Source of the DNA: an uncultured Lachnospiraceae bacterium
GTDB taxonomy: Bacteria > Bacillota > Clostridia > Lachnospirales > Lachnospiraceae
NCBI GenBank assembly: GCA_964619485.1
Contig: CAZUCI010000002.1
Location: 27,975 to 91,974 of the forward strand
Reading direction: 5' to 3'
Length of the DNA: 64,000 bases
Positions 57,402 to 64,000 of the stretch are shown here, piece by piece (positions within the stretch are counted from its first letter, which is position 1; every line of letters begins with the position of its first letter). The notes under the pieces were generated by a model that saw only the letters and a program-made list of their open reading frames with translations, was not told the DNA's origin and searched no databases. The position numbers and the translations under genes were made by a program.

Positions 57402-59757
57402 TGTATTTGCTCTGTGTGGAAGCAAAACCTGTTATCTTTTTCACGTGCTGGAGAGCGGGCAGCTGGAGCATCTTTATTATGGAAATAGAATAGAAGGACT
57501 GACAGAGGAAAACCTGAAAAGTGTTATGACAGTTATGTCATATAAATGCGAATTTCTGCCGGGAAATATGAGTGCCTACAGTCAGGAGTATAAAAATCTT
57601 TCCCTGGAGTATGTCTGTCAGGAGATGTCCTCTGTGGGAAAAGGGGATATGCGGGAGCCTTTTGTGTATCTGGTATATGCAGATGGCAGCAGAACCTCGG
57701 ATTTTGTTTATGAGACATTTCTTATTCAGGGAAAGCAGGAGCTTGTGACACTGCCGTCATCTTATGGCACGGAGCAGGAGGAACTGGTTATTTTCTTGAA
57801 GGAGCGCAGCCGGGATGTGACTTTGGAGCTGCATTATTCCCTGTTTGAGGACAGTGATGTATTGACCAGAAGCTGTGTTGTTAAAAACAAAGGGAGCGAA
57901 AACCTTCAGGTGCTTCGTCTGATGAGTCAGCAGCTGGATTTGCAGGACTGCCAATGGCAGCTGACCAATTTCTCCGGGGCCTGGCTCAGAGAAATGAATC
58001 CCAATCGGCATACGCTTTCTTCAGGGAAATTTGTAAATGCTTCCAGAGCGGGTGTCTCAGGAAGTGGTTGTAATCCTTTTGTTATGATAGGAAGGGAAAA
58101 CACAGTGGAGGAGTCCGGGGAATGTATGGGCTTTAATCTGGTCTACAGTGGAAATCACTATCTGGCAGCGGAGGCAGGAAGGGACGGAGGACTGAGAATT
58201 GTCCAGGGAATCAATCCTGAGGGATTTTCCTATGAGCTGAAGGCAGGCGAAGCACTGGAATCTCCGGAGGCAGTTCTGACCTATACCAAAGAGGGATACG
58301 GGCAGATGAGCCGGAATATGCATGACTTTGTGAGAGAGCATATTGTCCGTGGAGTCTGGAAGAAAAAGGAACGCCCGGTTCTTTTAAACAGCTGGGAGGC
58401 GGCTTATTTCCAGTTTGACGAGAATAAGCTTTTGAAGATGGCAAAAAGTGCCGCAGATGTTGGTATTGAGCTTTTTGTCATGGATGACGGCTGGTTTGGA
58501 AAGAGAAATGATGATACCTCGTCCCTGGGCGACTGGTTTGTAGACAGGAAGAAGCTTCCTGGCGGGTTAAAGGGGCTTCAGGATAAATTGAAGCAGCTGG
58601 GACTTGCGTTTGGAATCTGGGTAGAGCCTGAGATGGTAAACGAGGACAGCGCGCTTTATCGAACGCATCCGGACTGGGCGATGCAGATTCCAGGAAGAGA
58701 GCAGAGCCTTGGCAGAAATCAGATGATTCTTGATCTGGTGCGGGAAGAGGTGCAGGAATATATCATCGATTCTATGACGAAGGTATTTGAATCGGCAGAT
58801 ATTTCCTATGTAAAGTGGGATATGAACCGCAATTTTACCGACTGCTTTTGCAGTGCACTTGTGCCTGACAGACAGGGAGAGGTTTCTCATCGGTATGTGA
58901 TGGGACTTTATCGTGTCATGAAAGAACTGACAGCGCGCTTCCCGGATATATTATTTGAAGGATGTGCTTCTGGAGGAAACCGCTTTGACCTGGGCATTTT
59001 ATGCTATATGCCGCAGATTTGGGGGAGTGATGACACGGATGCCTATGCGAGAGCAGCTATTCAGACCGGCTACAGCTATGGCTATCCATTATCCTGCGTT
59101 TCCGCCCATGTTTCAGGGTGCCCCAACCATCAGACGCTTCGCAACACGCCACTTTCTACGCGCTTTCATGTGGCTGCATACGGTGTGCTTGGCTATGAAT
59201 GTAATCTGGCAGAATGTAAAAAAGAAGAAACAGAGGAAATCAAAAGGCAGATTGCCTTTTATAAGGAAAACAGAGCAGCGTTTCAGTTTGGTGATTTTTA
59301 CCGGATTTGCAGTGGAGAGGATACGCCGCAGACAAGAGGAGCCTATCAGTGGAATGTAGTGTCGAAGGACAAAAAGAATGCTTTTTTCTTTCACCTTTAT
59401 GGTGCTGTTGTGCCAAATCACATGAATGATTTATATAAAATTCCGGGACTGGATGAGACAAAAACTTATCATGTATGCAATCGTGGAGGAAAAATCAATG
59501 TCAAGGAATTCGGTGACCTGATTAACACAGTTGCTCCCATTCACGTAAAAAAGGATTCGCTGACACACAACCTGATTGCCAAAATGGTTCAGCTGGATAT
59601 TGAAAAGGAAGATTTTGCGGCACCGGGCAGCGTCCTGGTACAGGCAGGCTTCCATCCGAAACAGAATTATACCGGTACCGGCTATAACGAAAATGTGCGC
59701 TTCCTGGGAGATTTTAGAAGCAGACTCTATAGTGTAGAAGCAGACCCTCAAGTATAG
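57382..59757 (+). CDS. GH36 alpha-galactosidase
   Basis: LLNSWEAAYF, FVMDDGWFG, GIWVEPEMV, YVKWDMNR (nucleophile Asp), CASGGNRFD, WGSDDTD. Confidence 0.95.
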   Translation: MILQKNNVFALCGSKTCYLFHVLESGQLEHLYYGNRIEGLTEENLKSVMTVMSYKCEFLPGNMSAYSQEYKNLSLEYVCQEMSSVGKGDMREPFVYLVYADGSRTSDFVYETFLIQGKQELVTLPSSYGTEQEELVIFLKERSRDVTLELHYSLFEDSDVLTRSCVVKNKGSENLQVLRLMSQQLDLQDCQWQLTNFSGAWLREMNPNRHTLSSGKFVNASRAGVSGSGCNPFVMIGRENTVEESGECMGFNLVYSGNHYLAAEAGRDGGLRIVQGINPEGFSYELKAGEALESPEAVLTYTKEGYGQMSRNMHDFVREHIVRGVWKKKERPVLLNSWEAAYFQFDENKLLKMAKSAADVGIELFVMDDGWFGKRNDDTSSLGDWFVDRKKLPGGLKGLQDKLKQLGLAFGIWVEPEMVNEDSALYRTHPDWAMQIPGREQSLGRNQMILDLVREEVQEYIIDSMTKVFESADISYVKWDMNRNFTDCFCSALVPDRQGEVSHRYVMGLYRVMKELTARFPDILFEGCASGGNRFDLGILCYMPQIWGSDDTDAYARAAIQTGYSYGYPLSCVSAHVSGCPNHQTLRNTPLSTRFHVAAYGVLGYECNLAECKKEETEEIKRQIAFYKENRAAFQFGDFYRICSGEDTPQTRGAYQWNVVSKDKKNAFFFHLYGAVVPNHMNDLYKIPGLDETKTYHVCNRGGKINVKEFGDLINTVAPIHVKKDSLTHNLIAKMVQLDIEKEDFAAPGSVLVQAGFHPKQNYTGTGYNENVRFLGDFRSRLYSVEADPQV

Positions 59758-59820
59758 AAGCAGATTCTTAAGTACAGAAGCAGGCTCCATAGTGTAGAAG
59801 CAGACTCTATATTATAGAAG
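59715..59820 (+). repeat. 20-bp tandem repeat x5 spanning the GH36 stop codon
   Basis: agaagcag starts at 59716, 59736, 59756, 59776 and 59796; agaag at 59816. Confidence 0.9.
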
Positions 59821-59915
59821 AAACACAGATGTGACAAAACCAGCGAATGGCTTCGGACAAAAAATCATGAGTGCTGCCATGCAATAACCCCCATATTCCC
59901 ACGCTAGATACCTCA

Positions 59916-59959
59916 ACAGGCAAAATTTGTTGTATACAAGATTTTGCCTGTATTTTTTT
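59916..59959. terminator. Probable terminator between the galactosidase operon and the convergent tRNA
   Basis: acaggcaaaat / attttgcctgt perfect 11-bp IR followed by attttttt. Confidence 0.65.
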
Positions 59960-60273
59960 GCCTTTTTAAGGGTTCAAGGAAGGATTAATGGCAAATAATA
60001 CAGGCAATTATCAAAGTGTACAAATTTTTGCATGTTCTATTTCAAAAAAAGGGACAAAAAATACATGCAAATTTCGAAGAGTAAAGATAATTGCATGTTT
60101 CGGGGAAATGGGGCATCTCAAATCTGCTTCCCAATAAGGGATTTGCGATAAAGAAGTACATGCAAAATTGAGATATTAAAAATAATTGCATGTTTCCGGC
60201 TTGCGGGCACAGCGAGTATCGTCAAATTTCCGTGAGAGCAGCGATTTTTGCAAAATAAACGTGCATCAAAAAA

Positions 60274-60347
<74 letters not shown>

Positions 60348-60356
60348 ATGGTTATT

Positions 60357-60385
60357 AGTATATCAAAGGAAGAGAATTCTTTCAA
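60357..60385 (-). promoter_or_regulatory. SigA promoter of the tRNA gene
   Basis: Minus strand ttgaaa (60385-60380), 17 bp, TGn-tatact (60362-60357). Confidence 0.8.
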
Positions 60386-60399
60386 GATAAAAATTTCTA

Positions 60400-60492
60400 A
60401 AATTATTTGAATGAAATTATTTGAATGAAATTATTTGAATGAAATTATTTGAATTATTTGAATGGAATTATTTGAACCTGAAATTATTTGAA
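60400..60492 (+). repeat. ~14-bp tandem repeat (aaattatttgaatg), about 7 copies of the core
   Basis: Exact units at 60400, 60414 and 60428, then variants. Confidence 0.9.
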
Positions 60493-60510
60493 AAAAATGC
60501 AAATATATGC

Positions 60511-60575
60511 TTGACATATAATACTATACGCTGTATATTATGTCTACAAACAATATTATACAACATATAATATTG
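60511..60575 (+). promoter_or_regulatory. PadR operon promoter and palindromic operator
   Basis: ttgaca 60511-60516, 17 bp, tatatt 60534-60539; perfect IR caatattata-caaca-tataatattg at 60551-60575. Confidence 0.7.
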
Positions 60576-60670
60576 ATAAAAAAATAATATTATAATTTTA
60601 TCAGATATAGTCAAAAGGGGAATCTTAATAGTTTCTTAAGAATTAACTGGTAAAATAGGAAGGAGATCCG

Positions 60671-60997
60671 ATGGTATTTTCAACAGGAGCAACCCTATTG
60701 GATGCAATTGTACTGGCAGTTGTTTCCAAAGAAGATATAGGGACATACGGATACAAGATTACACAGGAGGTTCGGTCGGTTATCGATTTGTCAGAATCCA
60801 CCTTGTATCCCGTACTTCGCAGGTTACAGAAATACGGTTACCTGGAGGTATATGACAGAGAGTGCGGTGGCAGAAACCGCAGATATTACAAGCTGACAGC
60901 ATCCGGGGATGATGCACTGACAGATTATAAGAGTGAATGGAGCGATTACGCCGGAAAAATAACCGGTATTTTTGAGGGAGGAACAGCTCATGAGTAA
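60671..60997 (+). CDS. PadR-family regulator
   Basis: TYGYKITQ, LSESTLYPVLRRL, RNRRYYKLT. Confidence 0.93.
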   Translation: MVFSTGATLLDAIVLAVVSKEDIGTYGYKITQEVRSVIDLSESTLYPVLRRLQKYGYLEVYDRECGGRNRRYYKLTASGDDALTDYKSEWSDYAGKITGIFEGGTAHE

Positions 60998-61667
60998 ATT
61001 GGAATTCTTGGAAAAACTGGAGGTTTTACTTGCAGATATTCCTTATACAGAGAGAAGAGAAGCATTAAATTATTATACGGAATACTTTGATGATGCAGAG
61101 TGCAGCGAGGAAGAGGTTATTGCAAAGCTTGGCTCGCCGGAGGAGGCAGCACACAATATTCGCGTGGAGCTTGCAGACAAGGAAATAGCAGTTGTGGAAG
61201 AAGCCAAAAATGCAGAGCATACACAAAATACAGAAAATGGTACAGCTTACAATGACAGCACCAGCACTGGGAAAAAAGAAAAAACCAAACTTGAGGGCTG
61301 GCAGATTGCATTAATCGTTGTGGGAATTATTCTGGTTTCCCCTGTATGGCTTCCGATTGTCGGTGGCGCAGGTGGATTTCTTATCGGTATTGCTGCAGCG
61401 TACTTTGGAATTATTATCGCCCTTGCCTGCATTGCCTTCGGTTTGTTTGTTGCAGCTATGGCAGTGATTGCAGTTGGAATCGCAAAGCTGGTTATTTCAC
61501 CTGTTGCCGGTTTGTTCTTAATAGGACTTGGAATTCTTTTCCTTGGTATCGCAGTGCTCAGTGCGTTGGGCTTCTGGAAGAGTATTACAGTTGTTGTTCC
61601 GGCAACCTTTAAAGGAATCGGGTATATTTTTAACTCCATCTTTAACAGAAAGGAGTGTGCGGCATGA
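60990..61667 (+). CDS. DUF1700 (HAAS-type) membrane protein
   Basis: MSKLEFLEKL..ALNYYTEYFDD..LGSPEEAA followed by several TMs; overlaps the PadR stop. Confidence 0.85.
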   Translation: MSKLEFLEKLEVLLADIPYTERREALNYYTEYFDDAECSEEEVIAKLGSPEEAAHNIRVELADKEIAVVEEAKNAEHTQNTENGTAYNDSTSTGKKEKTKLEGWQIALIVVGIILVSPVWLPIVGGAGGFLIGIAAAYFGIIIALACIAFGLFVAAMAVIAVGIAKLVISPVAGLFLIGLGILFLGIAVLSALGFWKSITVVVPATFKGIGYIFNSIFNRKECAA

Positions 61668-62551
61668 AAAAATCTACGATGATTATGCTCTATACGGGGC
61701 TTGGCTGCCTGCTTGTGGGAACAATTGTCATGCTGATTACAGGAACCATGGGTGGTATGAAAAAAGCAGCAGAGTTGACAGGCAGCAGTCTTGTAAATTA
61801 TTGCGGGGAAGGATTTTCCTGGGATTGGAACTGGGATGATGGTTCCTATTCCTTTGTGAACACCAGTGACAGTACAACAAATGTCGGAAAAGCATCGGAG
61901 ATCAATAAGATTTCTGTAAATATCGATGCCGGCGAAGTGGAGATTGAGGATACCGATGCAGAGGACTTTTCGGTTGCAATCGAAAGTGGATTTAATATTG
62001 CATATGCAGTAGAAGACAGTACACTTGTAATCAAAGGAGATCATGATTCCAATCATCATGCAGGAAAGGTTGTTATTTATATCCCATCCAGTGCCTCCAT
62101 AGAGGAGGCGGCCTTTTCCATTGGCGGAGGTACCCTGGATGCCGGTACGTTAAAGGCTGGAAAGCTGAATGTTCAGGTTGGCGCCGGGGAAGCTGATCTG
62201 TCTGACATTACAGTTGGACAGTGTAATCTGGAAACAGGTGCAGGACAGATTAACTTTTCTGATGCTGTCATTGATGGTAATTTAGTAGCTTATGTTGGTA
62301 TGGGTGAAATTGAGATGAATGGCACTGTTACAGGAGATGTGGATTTGAAATGCGGCATGGGCAATATCTACCTTGAGCTGTCTGACAGAGAAGAAGACGA
62401 CTTCAATTATAATGTGAACTGTGCTGCCGGAAATATTGAAATTGGAGACAGCAGCTATTCAGGAATGGGCTTTAAGAAAAACATTCAGAACAATGCAGAG
62501 CACTCAGCTGTCATTGACTGTGGTATGGGAAATATCACCCTTGATTTTTAA
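61664..62551 (+). CDS. DUF4097 beta-strand-repeat (adhesin-like) protein
   Basis: N-terminal TM; repeats VGAGEADL, TGAGQINF, VGMGEIEM, CGMGNIYL, CAAGNIEI, CGMGNITL. Confidence 0.85.
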   Translation: MKKSTMIMLYTGLGCLLVGTIVMLITGTMGGMKKAAELTGSSLVNYCGEGFSWDWNWDDGSYSFVNTSDSTTNVGKASEINKISVNIDAGEVEIEDTDAEDFSVAIESGFNIAYAVEDSTLVIKGDHDSNHHAGKVVIYIPSSASIEEAAFSIGGGTLDAGTLKAGKLNVQVGAGEADLSDITVGQCNLETGAGQINFSDAVIDGNLVAYVGMGEIEMNGTVTGDVDLKCGMGNIYLELSDREEDDFNYNVNCAAGNIEIGDSSYSGMGFKKNIQNNAEHSAVIDCGMGNITLDF

Positions 62552-62786
62552 AAAAAGTTTGTGTAAATTAATATAGAAAAAACAAGAGGAAACCTCTAGT
62601 CCCATCTCACTCTTTTGTGTTATACTATTTGCGGATATTTGCACAAAATGCAGTGAGATGGTTTTTTTGTATGGCAAAAGAAGCCAGGGAAGGATACCAC
62701 CTCACAGAACACTTGATGAATGGGCAATTTCGTCATATACTAAGAGTGGTTAATAAGGATAAATTTGAAGGAGTGTTTAAAATATT

Positions 62787-64000
62787 ATGAGTAAAGAACT
62801 TGCAAAAACCTATGATCCTCATGGCATTGAGGACCGTATCTATGAAAAATGGCTGGAAAAGAAGTATTTCCATGCAGAAGTGGATCACGATAAAAAACCA
62901 TTTACCATTGTTATTCCACCACCAAACATTACAGGACAGCTCCACATGGGACATGCCCTTGACAATACCATGCAGGATATCCTCATTCGTTTTAAAAGAA
63001 TGCAGGGATACAATGCATTATGGCAGCCTGGTACAGACCACGCTTCCATCGCAACAGAAGTTAAAATTATTGAGAAGTTAAAAGAGCAGGGCATTGATAA
63101 ACATGACCTGGGCAGAGAAAAATTCTTAGAGAAGGCATGGGACTGGAAAAAAGAGTACGGCGGACGTATTATTGAGCAGCTGAAAAAGATGGGCTCCTCC
63201 TGTGACTGGGACAGAGAACGTTTTACCATGGATGAGGGCTGCAACAAGGCTGTTACAGAAGTTTTCTGTAAGATGCATGAAAAAGGATGGATTTACAAGG
63301 GCTCCCGTATTATCAACTGGTGTCCTGTCTGCAATACCTCTATTTCTGATGCAGAAGTAGAATATGAGGATCAGGCTGGACATTTCTGGCATATAAAATA
63401 TCCACTGGTTGATGAAAACGGAAAACCAAGTACAACAGAATTTTTGGAGGTTGCAACCACAAGACCGGAAACAATGCTTGGTGATACTGCAGTAGCCATT
63501 CATCCGGATGATGAGAGATATACTTACCTTCACGGCAGACAGGTTTGGCTTCCAATTGTAAACAAAGCAATTCCTGTTGTAGAAGATACCTATGTAGATA
63601 TGGAATTTGGTACCGGTGTGGTTAAGATTACACCTGCCCATGACCCTAACGATTTTGAAGTTGGAAAACGTCACGGCCTGGAAGTAATCAATATCTTAAA
63701 CGATGATGCTACCATCAATGCAAACGGTGGAATCTACGAGGGAATGGACCGTTACGAAGCAAGAGCAGCCATCGTTGAGAAATTAAAAGAAGAAGGTCTT
63801 TTGGTTAAAATTGAAGATTACAGCCATAACGTTGGTACTCATGACAGATGTAAAACCACCATCGAGCCAATGGTAAAAGAGCAGTGGTTCGTCAAGATGG
63901 ATGAACTGATCAAACCTGCTGTAAAGGCTGTAAAAGAAGGCGATATCAAATTAGTTCCGGAGCGTATGGAGAAAACCTACTTTAACTGGACTGACAATAT
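62787..64000 (+). CDS. valS: Valine--tRNA ligase (runs off window end)
   Basis: Not in the ORF track. ATG 62787 after AAGGAG reads [11 protein letters not shown]; [59 protein letters not shown]. Confidence 0.97.
   Translation, partial: MSKELAKTYDPHGIEDRIYEKWLEKKYFHAEVDHDKKPFTIVIPPPNITGQLHMGHALDNTMQDILIRFKRMQGYNALWQPGTDHASIATEVKIIEKLKEQGIDKHDLGREKFLEKAWDWKKEYGGRIIEQLKKMGSSCDWDRERFTMDEGCNKAVTEVFCKMHEKGWIYKGSRIINWCPVCNTSISDAEVEYEDQAGHFWHIKYPLVDENGKPSTTEFLEVATTRPETMLGDTAVAIHPDDERYTYLHGRQVWLPIVNKAIPVVEDTYVDMEFGTGVVKITPAHDPNDFEVGKRHGLEVINILNDDATINANGGIYEGMDRYEARAAIVEKLKEEGLLVKIEDYSHNVGTHDRCKTTIEPMVKEQWFVKMDELIKPAVKAVKEGDIKLVPERMEKTYFNWTDN

Noticed and set aside
59820-60273. Integrative element or prophage at the tRNA 3' end
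   Set aside because: No integrase and no duplicated tRNA 3' fragment seen in the window.
60671-62551. PadR-DUF1700-DUF4097 as a novel system
   Set aside because: A very common Bacillota envelope-stress arrangement; nothing unusual seen here.
62627-62786. T-box leader for valS (and for glnS)
   Set aside because: No T-box consensus, and the leaders are too short.

Overview
Core-genome window of a Clostridia bacterium, Lachnospiraceae-like by gene content and style (inference). It is densely coding: truncated GGDEF-EAL gene, glnS, MocR regulator, NCS2 uracil permease, addAB, TPP-riboswitch-controlled thiT, MATE, gltBD, DinG-type nuclease-helicase, nfo, GH13, MacB-type ABC module, an alpha-galactoside operon, PadR-DUF1700-DUF4097 and the start of valS. 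No integrase, transposase, cas gene or CRISPR array was seen. Best leads: (1) a complete tRNA-Pro with the bacterially rare AGG anticodon and its own near-consensus promoter (60274-60347, minus); (2) a tight five-gene operon of hybrid kinase, LRR surface protein, MoxR (frameshifted in an A6 run), DUF58 and a transglutaminase-like protein whose catalytic Cys/His appear replaced; (3) a cassette of palindromes, a 41-bp tandem array and a Vsr/PD-(D/E)xK-like nuclease gene broken by one in-frame TAA; (4) a 295-bp nested palindromic MITE/REPIN-like element; (5) a GT28-like protein inside a melibiose/raffinose-type catabolic operon; (6) paired perfect DnaA boxes upstream of nfo. Nearly every intergenic gap holds its own short tandem repeat. 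Family assignments come from motif recognition by eye, not from database searches.
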